Positions 9,834 to 17,566 of a stretch of DNA of 37,917 bases are shown here, in pieces. The position numbers and the translations under genes were made by a program. How positions within the stretch are numbered: position 1 is the stretch's first letter; each line of letters opens with the position of its first letter. Under the pieces are notes generated by a model. It had not been told where the DNA came from. It saw only the letters and a program-made list of their open reading frames with translations, and made no database searches. Source of the stretch: a virus; IMG/VR virus record IMGVR_UViG_2648501563_000006, positions 1-37,917 of that record; one strand, 5' to 3'.

Positions 9834-10020
9834 ATAAGAATCACACAATTAAGGAGGCCCAATTTATACGAACAAAAACCTCGAGAAGTGTGCATAAGAA
9901 TCGCACAATTAAGGAGGGTAACAAAAACAAAAACCTCAAGAAGTGTGCATAAGAATCGCACAATTAAGGAGGGTAACAAAGACAAAAACCTCAAGAAGTG
10001 AGGTGTGAATAAGAATCGAA
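9834..10020. repeat. three and a fraction 55-60-nt direct repeats (iteron-like)
   Basis: Units start at 9834, 9894, 9949 and 10009: ataagaatcRcacaattaaggagg...aaaaacctcRagaagtg. Confidence 0.85.
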
Positions 10021-10064
10021 TCGAATCGAATCTAATCAATTCTTTTCTTTTCTTTTCTTTTCTT
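10013..10064. repeat. simple pentamer tracts (GAATC)x4 and (TCTTT)x4
   Basis: gaatcgaatcgaatcgaatc at 10013-10032; tctttx4 at 10041-10060. Confidence 0.9.
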
Positions 10065-10158
10065 CTCTCCGCCCTTGTTGTTTTTAGGCAATGTTATGAA
10101 TAAAGTGTATAAGTAATAACAATTTATTGCAAGTTTTATCTGCAAAAAAAGGAAAGAA

Positions 10159-10422
10159 ATGAATCTAAGACCTATAGGAAACAATGTTTTAGCTAAATAT
10201 ATTATTGAAAATCAACCTGTAAAAGGTATTATGCTTCCTGATTCATCTATAAAGAAATCGCCTTGGCTTGAAGTTGTCGATTCTAGTTTAGAATGTGAAT
10301 ACCTCTTATCTCCCGGAGACAAAATTCTCATTGAGAAATATTCAGGATCTGATGTCACTTATCATGATCGTGAATATATAGTCGTTAATGCGAAAAATAT
10401 CTTAGCAGTGGAGCTATTATGA
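10159..10422 (+). CDS. groES: GroES/Cpn10-like co-chaperonin (87 aa)
   Basis: MNLRPIGNNVLAK...KGIMLPDS..KKS...EVV...SPGDKILIEKYSGSDV....EYIVVNAKNILAVE aligns motif by motif with bacterial GroES (MNIRPLHDRVIVK...GGIVL...VKVGDIVIF..YG......EEVLIMSESDILAIVE). Confidence 0.8.
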   Translation: MNLRPIGNNVLAKYIIENQPVKGIMLPDSSIKKSPWLEVVDSSLECEYLLSPGDKILIEKYSGSDVTYHDREYIVVNAKNILAVELL

Positions 10423-10462
10423 AAACGGGCCAAAGAACAAGGAAGAACTTCGGCCCAGACAT

Positions 10463-10609
10463 GGAGAATGGAGAATCTTTCGTCTTCTCCATCCTACAAA
10501 AACATCAATTATTTAACGTGGAAAGTCTTTCGTCTTCTCCATCCTACAAAAACTTGGAGAATGGAAAATCTTTCGCTTCTCCATCCTATAAAAATATCAA
10601 TTATTTAAC
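10463..10609. repeat. two ~55-nt direct repeats plus a partial copy, each with an internal inverted repeat, just upstream of the initiator gene
   Basis: 10463-10517 and 10556-10609 (ggagaatggaRaatctttcg(t)cttctccatcctaYaaaaaYatcaattatttaac), with a partial copy at 10520-10553. ATGGAGAA/TTCTCCAT arms. Confidence 0.85.
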
Positions 10610-10623
10610 AAGGATAATTTAAC

Positions 10624-11637
10624 GTGAATGATATCATTTCCGGCTTTGCTCACTCTTTTGATACAGGCATTGCCAAAGCAGTAGGAGTTAGTGCTGCTAT
10701 TGTCTTTAATCACATCGTTTATTGGTTGAGAATCAATGCTCGTCGCGACGACTCTTCTTTTCACGATGGAAAATATTGGATGTTTGAAAGTCAAAAAAAA
10801 ATGTCCGAATTCTTTGAATATTTTTCCGAAGATGAGGTCTTTAAGGCTATAAAAAAATTATTAGACTCCGGCCTCTTGATCAAAGGAAACTTTAACAAAA
10901 ATTCTTTTGACCGTACAGCATGGTACACTGTTTCTAATCAAGAATTGATTGTTGAAAAGAACAGAATTCAAGAAAAGATTACGATACCGTCAAACGACGG
11001 AATCGATGCTTGTAATCTAAATTCAAAAAAAGATTACGATACCGTCAAACGACGGAATGGAAAACGGCATTTGACGGAATGTATATATACAATAGAAAAA
11101 GAAGAATATAACAATCCTCCTCTATCATCTCCTCAAAAAAAATCGAACCTACAAAAAGATAACACATTGGAGGAGGAGGATTTTTTACCTTTTGATTTTT
11201 TAAACGATACAACCTTATCCCCATCTCAAAAGAAACGCTTATCCAAAGAGTTTCCGCGTGAGGATGTCGAAAAAGCTCTCAAAATCGCCAAAACTCAGAC
11301 CATCAAGAAGTCTCTGATGTCTCTACTCGTAAATATCCTCACTAATCCCGACAAATGGTCTGATAAACCCGAAGATCAACCTCTTACCCCACAACAGCAG
11401 AAAGCCTTGGAATATAATGCCCATCTCGTTGAAATCTCACCTCTCCTCGCTAAAAAGAACAAAAAGCTCTTCAAAGAAAACTCGATTTATGTGATTTTCA
11501 ACGGCAGAATTATGCAACTTTCTTTTAAAGCTTTTGATTTCTTGAGTGATATAGATTTAGCCTTAAAGGAAATCGCATCCATCAAGCCAAACGCCAATGC
11601 CTCTAATTCGAATTCTAAGGCACCACCATCGCATTAA
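10624..11637 (+). CDS. putative replication initiator / replisome organiser (337 aa, GTG start)
   Basis: Sits immediately downstream of the iteron-like repeats. The N-terminal region (IAKAVGVSAAIVFNHIVYWLRIN...MSEFF..FSEDEVFKAIKKLLDSGLL) looks like a winged-helix DNA-binding domain of phage replication proteins. Family not verified. Confidence 0.4.
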   Translation: MNDIISGFAHSFDTGIAKAVGVSAAIVFNHIVYWLRINARRDDSSFHDGKYWMFESQKKMSEFFEYFSEDEVFKAIKKLLDSGLLIKGNFNKNSFDRTAWYTVSNQELIVEKNRIQEKITIPSNDGIDACNLNSKKDYDTVKRRNGKRHLTECIYTIEKEEYNNPPLSSPQKKSNLQKDNTLEEEDFLPFDFLNDTTLSPSQKKRLSKEFPREDVEKALKIAKTQTIKKSLMSLLVNILTNPDKWSDKPEDQPLTPQQQKALEYNAHLVEISPLLAKKNKKLFKENSIYVIFNGRIMQLSFKAFDFLSDIDLALKEIASIKPNANASNSNSKAPPSH

Positions 11638-11735
11638 AATGATTAGACCAGTACCAACATAGCTGTCTAACCAAAAAATGCCTTGTAATCGATTTATGTG
11701 CGTTTTGTGAATTAAACACCTAACTCAAGGATTTT

Positions 11736-11981
11736 ATGGACTTTCTTGATGAATATATCCAGTGGGCTTTTAACCGTTTACCACAAATGGCCACTACCAA
11801 AGATCTTAGAAATATCGGCCTTTACAATTCCGATCAAGCTGCTGCTGCCGCTCGTCGAAAAGGTCTCGGTCCTCAATTTTTTAGAATCAATGCTCGCGTT
11901 ATTCTCTATCCAAAAAATGCCGTCATCGATTTCTTGACAAGATCCAAATGTTCACCCAGGAAAAATAAATATGCTCGTTGA
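11736..11981 (+). CDS. AlpA/Xis-like small DNA-binding protein
   Basis: MATTKDLRNIGLY....AAAARRKGLGPQFFRINARVILYPKNAVIDFL resembles excisionase-family HTH proteins. Confidence 0.45.
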   Translation: MDFLDEYIQWAFNRLPQMATTKDLRNIGLYNSDQAAAAARRKGLGPQFFRINARVILYPKNAVIDFLTRSKCSPRKNKYAR

Positions 11982-12723
11982 AATTCCAGGTATTCCAATT
12001 TCTAAATCCAGACATCGCACTTTCTTACGTCATGGGAAAATTATGACTTATGATTGCCAAAATGAAGAAAAACTATTCGTTAAGAATTTCTTGAAAAATT
12101 TTGTCAATCTCAAACTTACCTCTTTTAATCATGAAGATGTCATTGAAATTTCTAAAATTCTTAAAGCTCGTGCTTTTTCCATAAGCTTTAATTTTTATCT
12201 CCCTTTTCCTAAGACCGATTCTGTTGTACGAGAAAATCGTACACTTTGGGGTTTTGATCATATGACCGATAAACCCGATTGCGATAATTTAGAAAAATTT
12301 TATCTTGACTGTGCTAATGGAATTCTTTATCAAGATGATAGACAAATAATTCATATGGAATCTAAAAAAATTTACTGTTCCAAACCTAAAACCGTTATAA
12401 ATATTATGCCTGTTCATTCTATACAATTAGATCCTAAAGCTGAAAAAATATTTGAAAATATTTCTCCCTCCCAATTAGTCGAATTAATGGAGGTCATCAA
12501 TGAATTACATTCGTGCTCTTTGGATTTTGATGAAGAACCTATTATTCCGGATTCAGATCATAATCGAGAAATTTATCAAAAACGATTGGCCAGGACCGCC
12601 TGCCTTCTAAGTGAACTTAGTGAAGTTTATCTTCCCTATTTTAAGAAAATTAGCAAGTCTTGTCCTAATTATTATCTAGAATGTAAAACGGATTTACATA
12701 GATTTGGTAAACCTATTTGTTAA
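11971..12723 (+). CDS. rusA: RusA-family Holliday junction resolvase with C-terminal extension
   Basis: IPISKSRHR near the N-terminus and KPDCDNLEKFYLDCANGILYQDDRQI match the RusA catalytic Asp motifs. At 250 aa it is about twice the usual length. Confidence 0.65.
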   Translation: MLVEIPGIPISKSRHRTFLRHGKIMTYDCQNEEKLFVKNFLKNFVNLKLTSFNHEDVIEISKILKARAFSISFNFYLPFPKTDSVVRENRTLWGFDHMTDKPDCDNLEKFYLDCANGILYQDDRQIIHMESKKIYCSKPKTVINIMPVHSIQLDPKAEKIFENISPSQLVELMEVINELHSCSLDFDEEPIIPDSDHNREIYQKRLARTACLLSELSEVYLPYFKKISKSCPNYYLECKTDLHRFGKPIC

Positions 12724-12731
12724 GGAATATA

Positions 12732-12992
12732 ATGCTCGATCCACTTGATGAAATCTCTGATATCGATTCTCACATCATCGATAATGATTCTCCTCCCACA
12801 AAAAAACTAGCTTTTTTTGGCGCCCTTTTCTTCTTCCTCTCCCTCTTAATTCTAGGTCTTATCTTCTTATCGGGATGCACTTATCCCTTATCTCGGGATG
12901 ATTTTACTTTAAAAGAACAACCAAAGGAACCTAATTATGCCCCTCATAAAAAGCCCATCCAAGAAAGCCATAGGCAAAAACATCGCCATTGA
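12732..12992 (+). CDS. small membrane protein with a lipobox-like LSGC
   Basis: ATG 12732 follows aagga. Hydrophobic stretch LAFFGALFFFLSLLILGLIFLSGC. Confidence 0.4.
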   Translation: MLDPLDEISDIDSHIIDNDSPPTKKLAFFGALFFFLSLLILGLIFLSGCTYPLSRDDFTLKEQPKEPNYAPHKKPIQESHRQKHRH

Positions 12993-13086
12993 AGAAACTG
13001 AAGGTAATAAACCTCATAAACAAGCTGTTGCTATCGCTTTAAACGTAGCTCGTAAAGCCGGCGCTAAGATTAAGAAAAAAAAATAG
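12937..13086 (+). CDS. small basic protein (49 aa) overlapping the previous ORF out of frame
   Basis: My own translation: MPLIKSPSKKAIGKNIAIEETEGNKPHKQAVAIALNVARKAGAKIKKKK. It resembles a small conserved phage/bacterial protein family as I recall; not verified. Confidence 0.3.
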   Translation: MPLIKSPSKKAIGKNIAIEETEGNKPHKQAVAIALNVARKAGAKIKKKK

Positions 13087-13198
13087 TTTTTTATAAAGGA
13101 GTTCTATACCATGGGAGTTACTACTACAATCTTGATTCCACCCCAAAAGCCTGTTATTATTAATGATTGGCCTGCGGGGTCTTTTGGAGATTAATATC

Positions 13199-13411
13199 AT
13201 GTGGTTTTCTTCTAATTCTGTCTCTCCAAATGATGACGAAAATGTTCTTTGTATCAATGAAAATATATCTATGTGCCCCATTAAAGCTTATTTCGATGGT
13301 GAATCTAAACTATTCATTAGTCTAGAAACCCTTTGCACTCATCCCATTGCCGCTACTCATTGGTGCTATTGTCCTTCTTTCGATAGACGTAAAACCCCAT
13401 TAGCCGAATGA
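13199..13411 (+). CDS. DUF551-like protein (70 aa)
   Basis: MWFSSNSVSPNDDENVLC ... HPIAATHWCYCPSFD matches the W..v...P.....VL....vTHW.plP pattern of DUF551. The ATG is internal to the track ORF 13163..13411. Confidence 0.45.
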   Translation: MWFSSNSVSPNDDENVLCINENISMCPIKAYFDGESKLFISLETLCTHPIAATHWCYCPSFDRRKTPLAE

Positions 13412-13474
13412 ATTTTCTTGACTTGTGCTTCTTGCTATATAATATTAATTTTACATCAACTTAGGAGTCATCCC

Positions 13475-13627
13475 ATGGATAAACAAATTAGAAAAATTGA
13501 AAAGACTATTAGAAAAGATTCGAAACATGAAGAAAAAGAGCTCAAAAACCTAGAGAAAGCCGATAAAAAAAGAGATAAGGTTTGTGAGATGGGTGAAAAG
13601 GCTATCAAAATGAATAAAAAAAAGTAG
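13475..13627 (+). CDS. small Lys-rich hypothetical protein (50 aa)
   Basis: aggag lies upstream of ATG 13475, which is in frame within the track ORF 13418..13627. Confidence 0.35.
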   Translation: MDKQIRKIEKTIRKDSKHEEKELKNLEKADKKRDKVCEMGEKAIKMNKKK

Positions 13628-13633
13628 GTTACT

Positions 13634-14161
13634 ATGGCACCACCTAAAGGAATGAAATACGCTCTTGGTTGTACTACTGGAGGTAGACCTTCAAAATATA
13701 ACCTCGATAAAGAAGCTGAAGACCTATTGAGATTCGTCTCAAAAGATGATTGCTTGGCTCTCGAAGACTTCACTCACACTAAGCCCTACTTGGCCTCAGA
13801 GCTCTGTGAGTTCGCTAGAAGGTCAGATAATTTCTCCGCAGCCCTAAAGAAGGCCAAGGAGATCATTGGGAGGCGTAGAGAGCATATGGTGAGTACCGGA
13901 AAGATGAACTACGGGGTATGGTATAGGTCTGCAAGGCTCTACAGCAAGATTTTGATGCTTGATGAAGAGAATGTAAAAGATCTTGATATGGAAAGAAAAA
14001 TGAAATTGATAGATCATGAAGTAAAAAAACGTGCTGAAACCGCATCTACAATCACAGAAGACTTTATAAACCAGTATAAAGGCCTTATGAATCAACTTTC
14101 TGCATTGCAATCAAATCGTAATATAGCTGACAACAAGATCAAAGATGCAACCAAGTCATAA
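13634..14161 (+). CDS. terS: terminase small subunit-like DNA-binding protein
   Basis: N-terminal GGRPSKYNLDKEAEDLL....D..ALEDF...KPYLASELCEFARRSDNFSAALKKAK is the usual TerS HTH architecture. Located upstream of terL. Confidence 0.5.
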   Translation: MAPPKGMKYALGCTTGGRPSKYNLDKEAEDLLRFVSKDDCLALEDFTHTKPYLASELCEFARRSDNFSAALKKAKEIIGRRREHMVSTGKMNYGVWYRSARLYSKILMLDEENVKDLDMERKMKLIDHEVKKRAETASTITEDFINQYKGLMNQLSALQSNRNIADNKIKDATKS

Positions 14162-14505
14162 TGAGACACAGGTTGTGACATAGCCATTTGTGGAAGCTTC
14201 TCATAGTTCTCAATCATAACTTCCAATTCTTTTAAAAGATCCCTCTTAGTAAGTTTAGGAGGGGTAATTTCTTCGCTCTTAACATTTTCTTTAACTTCAG
14301 TTTGTTCTACTATTTTTGGAATAATCTCGTTACCTTCATCGTCAACACGAATAAAATTGTTCCAATTGCCTGAAGTTACACCACAACGAAAATAATCATT
14401 TCCGCCATCAACAACAACTTCACCACATTTGCAAGTCACATAATCGTGTCTATGAAAGCTTTCAATAACATCCTGGCATAATTTGCATTTGGCTCTATTT
14501 CTCAT
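14092..14505 (-). CDS. zinc-ribbon protein (137 aa)
   Basis: CKLC...H.H.....CKCG motifs. The convergent 3' end overlaps the TerS-like ORF by 70 nt. Confidence 0.5.
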   Translation of the reverse strand: MRNRAKCKLCQDVIESFHRHDYVTCKCGEVVVDGGNDYFRCGVTSGNWNNFIRVDDEGNEIIPKIVEQTEVKENVKSEEITPPKLTKRDLLKELEVMIENYEKLPQMAMSQPVSHYDLVASLILLSAILRFDCNAES

Positions 14506-14536
14506 AATAAAAATCTATAGGGTAAGTTAAAAAGAG

Positions 14537-14628
14537 GTCCTAATGAGATACAAATAGTATAGAAAGCCAGTTCATTCGGAGTAGGTAATTGGCTTTCATG
14601 CAATCAAGAGGGTTTTCATCATTAGGAC
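14537..14628. other. nested inverted repeats (10-bp outer stem enclosing an 8-bp stem)
   Basis: GTCCTAATGA (14537-46) pairs with TCATTAGGAC (14619-28). Inside it, GAAAGCCA (14562-69) pairs with TGGCTTTC (14590-97). Confidence 0.4.
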
Positions 14629-14673
14629 GAAACACAAACGTAACAAAAGACATGATTTTTAACAAGAATAAAT

Positions 14674-14688
14674 GTATATTATTATACG
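14674..14688 (+). promoter_or_regulatory. promoter-like AT palindrome GTATATTATTATACG (second copy inverted at 37621-37636)
   Basis: The same 15-mer lies 27 nt upstream of ATG 14716 and, on the - strand, 29 nt upstream of the ATG of gene 37403..37591. It contains a TATTAT/TATAAT -10-like core. Confidence 0.35.
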
Positions 14689-14715
14689 TTGACTGAAAGT
14701 CTACATTAAAATATC

Positions 14716-14913
14716 ATGAACTCTATCTCAGAAGAGGTTAGAATGACGTTGCTAGAATATATACAGACCACAAAAATTACAATCAAGAAGTTTTCGGATC
14801 AGTTGGGGTATACTCGCACGCATATAAGTAGAGTCATACATAATAAAACAGGTTTATCGAATAAACTTAAGAATCAAATATATATTATAACTAATGGCCA
14901 AGTAAATCTATGA
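14716..14913 (+). CDS. small HTH DNA-binding protein (alternative start 14743, preceded by gagg)
   Basis: ITIKKFSDQLGYTRTHISRVIHNKTG is a canonical HTH. Paralogous in layout to 9337..9576. Confidence 0.6.
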   Translation: MNSISEEVRMTLLEYIQTTKITIKKFSDQLGYTRTHISRVIHNKTGLSNKLKNQIYIITNGQVNL

Positions 14914-16199
14914 CAGCTCCCTTATCTCCCAAACAACTAGAATTCGTGCTCAATAGCACCGCTAAATGGAATCTTGCCCACGGATCTGTTAGAACGGGAA
15001 AGACAATTGGCACATTGTTTGCTTTTCTTCATGCATGTCATAATTGTCCCGATGGTGATATATACATGGTAGGGCACAGTTCTAATACTATTTATGAAAA
15101 TGCTATCAAGTTGATCTTTGATAGTCCTCAGTTTGCCATTTTTAGACCATTCTGCACTTGGTCTCCAGGAAATAGGATTCTCACATTTCAAGACAAGAAG
15201 ATAAAAGCATATGGAGCAGCGGACGAAGGTGCTATAGGTAACTTCCAAGGTAAGACGATGTCTCTTGTTTATTGCGATGAGATTACTTTATATCCACAAT
15301 CTATTATAGAGATGATAGATAGCCGATTGAGTAATACGCATAGCCGTGGATTTGCATCAATGAATCCAACATATCCTGATCATATAGTTAAGAAATGGAT
15401 AGATGCGGGTATGGAAGGAGATAAGAACTATTATTCTCTTCACTTCACACTCGACGATAATCCATTTGTGGATGATGATTATAAAGAAAGACTCAGAAAG
15501 AACACCACAGGGTTATTTTACAAAAGAAACTATCTTGGATTATGGTGTCTAGCTGAAGGCGCTATATTCGACTTTTTTGACCCACAGATACATGTAACTA
15601 AGAACCCTCCTCGAGCAGCTGAATATTGGATTGCTTCCATAGATTATGGGATCTCTAATGCTTTTGCTTGTTTGCTAATTGGCGTATCAACAGGAATGAG
15701 TAATCAAACAGGAAAGAGGCTATGGGTAGAGAAGGAATACTATTGGGATAGTAAAGTTGAGGGAAGGCAGAAACTTAATAGCGAACTAGCTAATGATGTG
15801 GCCGATATGCTCGAACCTTATGCGGTGAGAGCTATATATATAGACCCAAGCGCTTCCTCAATGAAAGTAGAGTTGAGAAGACGAGGAATGCACATCGTTG
15901 ATGCAGACAATGACGTATATAACGGTATAGAAAAGATGTGTAACGAAATGAAAATAGGTAATCTTTATATCCTAAGAGGTTGCAAAAACTTGATTAAAGA
16001 GATTCAGAATTACGTTTGGGACACAAAAAAGAGTAAGATGGGAGAAGATTCGCCTGTGAAAAAAGGAGACCATGCTATCGATGCATTGCGTTATGCAATT
16101 TACACACACAAAGTACAAATCTATAATCCCTTTCAGACAAAACACAATTCTGATGATTACATGAATTCAAGGTTCAATCATGGTACGAGACGCTTTTAG
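14910..16199 (+). CDS. terL: terminase large subunit
   Basis: Walker A GSVRTGKT, Walker B LVYCDEI, and a C-terminal nuclease region (IDYG....., GDHAIDALRYA). Confidence 0.9.
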   Translation: MTAPLSPKQLEFVLNSTAKWNLAHGSVRTGKTIGTLFAFLHACHNCPDGDIYMVGHSSNTIYENAIKLIFDSPQFAIFRPFCTWSPGNRILTFQDKKIKAYGAADEGAIGNFQGKTMSLVYCDEITLYPQSIIEMIDSRLSNTHSRGFASMNPTYPDHIVKKWIDAGMEGDKNYYSLHFTLDDNPFVDDDYKERLRKNTTGLFYKRNYLGLWCLAEGAIFDFFDPQIHVTKNPPRAAEYWIASIDYGISNAFACLLIGVSTGMSNQTGKRLWVEKEYYWDSKVEGRQKLNSELANDVADMLEPYAVRAIYIDPSASSMKVELRRRGMHIVDADNDVYNGIEKMCNEMKIGNLYILRGCKNLIKEIQNYVWDTKKSKMGEDSPVKKGDHAIDALRYAIYTHKVQIYNPFQTKHNSDDYMNSRFNHGTRRF

Positions 16200-16283
16200 T
16201 CAAAAAAGCACAACCTAACTCACCCCAACAAACCCGAACCAAACTAAACTCATCCGAACTCACCCAAACTTAACGTAACAAAA
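16200..16283. repeat. C/A-rich, G-poor spacer
   Basis: About 84 nt with only 4 G by my count (acctaactcaccccaacaaacccgaaccaaactaaactcatccgaactcacccaaac). Confidence 0.7.
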
Positions 16284-16712
16284 TTACTCTATAAGATAGA
16301 CTTTCGTCTCTTTAATTAGCAGCTTTGACTTTCTATTCAATGTTTGAACTAGATTTAAGCTGTGAATAAATTCATTTCTGCATTTCTTGTCTGTAATTTT
16401 ATCGATATCTATCTTAGACATTATCTTTTCTGTTGTTTTAATGCCTCTTTGGAATTTATTAGCCCTTTTTCTTGATTCATATCCTGACTGATTCTCTGAA
16501 TATATTTTTAAAGATCCTAACTCAGTTTTACAAAAATGACCTTTATCTTGCAATTCTTCCCTTAAAGCCATCAGGTCAAGCCTATAATCTTTAGATTCAA
16601 AATCACTATTTCTAAAGATCTTTGCAAGAACAACTCTATCAATATATCCTGCATCAATATATCCATTCTCAGAAAGAAATTTGTATATATCACTATACTC
16701 GTTTTTTTTCAT
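16284..16712 (-). CDS. hypothetical protein (142 aa), cassette gene 1
   Basis: ORF antisense to the late operon. No recognisable motif. Confidence 0.5.
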   Translation of the reverse strand: MKKNEYSDIYKFLSENGYIDAGYIDRVVLAKIFRNSDFESKDYRLDLMALREELQDKGHFCKTELGSLKIYSENQSGYESRKRANKFQRGIKTTEKIMSKIDIDKITDKKCRNEFIHSLNLVQTLNRKSKLLIKETKVYLIE

Positions 16713-16805
16713 ACATCCCTATCTTTTAATTTAAACGAAACCAAACTTACCTCAACCAAACCAAACGTACCTTAACTAAACCCACCTCAACGCAACTTAA
16801 TGATC
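16713..16805. repeat. second C/A-rich, G-poor spacer
   Basis: aaacgaaaccaaacttacctcaaccaaaccaaacgtaccttaactaaacccacctcaacgcaac. Same composition and short motifs as 16200-16283. Confidence 0.7.
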
Positions 16806-17423
16806 TCATTCTTGGAATGAAATCAGTTCAAACTTTCCGTAGCTACCAGTGGCTCTTTCGGGTCTCAGTTCGCATAGCCCATACTCATAGCCAGCTGTTT
16901 CGATAATTGTCTGTAACTCTTGTTCAGGTAGCAATTCAGTATCTAGGAATAAACCAAACTTCACTTCCCATTTGTGAAAAATTGGTCTTGTCCTCATGAT
17001 TCTAGCCATACCAACAACAACATTTTCAATGAAAACATAAGGTCTTTCACCTGATTTGTTGGTTTCATTATAGAGATAATCGATGTCTTTGCCTTTAAAT
17101 GGGATCAATGGATATCCAATCGGTTCATCTAGAATGATAGCCTTGGTCTGTCTTCCTTTCTTGAACTTCTTGGCAGAAGATTTGATACAGCCTTGAAGAC
17201 ATTTGGAAGGCATATATATACCTAGATTTTCATCATAGTACATAGACGCTTCAAATTCAATTCTTGACAGTGCCAAATGGTGTTCGTCTGTCTTCTTCTT
17301 AATACAAGTAATCTCCTTCATTTTTTTGGTGATAGGATGGAGTGGATTGCAAGCTTTATCGCAGTGCATGATTAATGGAGTGATTCCTTTGATATGGACA
17401 TTGTATTTCTTAATGTTATTCAT
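16806..17423 (-). CDS. hypothetical protein (205 aa), cassette gene 2
   Basis: ORF. The motifs GITPLIMH ... RTRPIFHKWEVKF ... AGYEYGLCELRPE...GSYGKFEL look like a conserved phage family that I cannot name. Confidence 0.55.
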   Translation of the reverse strand: MNNIKKYNVHIKGITPLIMHCDKACNPLHPITKKMKEITCIKKKTDEHHLALSRIEFEASMYYDENLGIYMPSKCLQGCIKSSAKKFKKGRQTKAIILDEPIGYPLIPFKGKDIDYLYNETNKSGERPYVFIENVVVGMARIMRTRPIFHKWEVKFGLFLDTELLPEQELQTIIETAGYEYGLCELRPERATGSYGKFELISFQE

Positions 17424-17566
17424 GGTTACCTCATTTGAAAATACATACCATAAAAAAATACTCTCATTTAGTCAACATATATTTTTTTATTGATTCATAT
17501 ATTTTCTTGTGTTAGCATTTTGTATTAGCAGGCATACCTAGAAGGCACTTAAAAAGCAAGATTAGT

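Noticed and set aside
9735-10020. Possible CRISPR array.
   Set aside because: The 14-nt units are directly tandem with no spacers. The 55-60-nt units are whole-unit repeats rather than repeat-spacer alternation. There are no cas genes.
9494-10039. A 181-aa - strand ORF spanning the repeat region.
   Set aside because: It is composed almost entirely of the tandem and direct repeats, which give a low-complexity Leu/Phe-rich translation. It is more likely an artefact of stop-free repeats in the putative origin.
10419-10622. A 67-aa ORF coupled to the groES-like gene.
   Set aside because: Most of its length is encoded by the 55-nt repeats, so the protein repeats SSPSYKN / ENGKSF. It is probably non-coding iteron DNA. 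I kept it only as a repeat feature.
13039-13281. The - strand 80-aa ORF, and the + strand ORFs 11746..11937, 13844..14110 (-) and 13863..14045 (-).
   Set aside because: They overlap better-supported genes on the other strand or frame (the DUF551-like, Xis-like and TerS-like genes) and lack ribosome-binding sites.
14092-14161. The 70-nt convergent overlap between the TerS-like gene and the zinc-ribbon gene, considered as a possible antisense regulatory device.
   Set aside because: It may simply reflect compact convergent 3' ends. There is no additional structure or repeat to support a specific mechanism.
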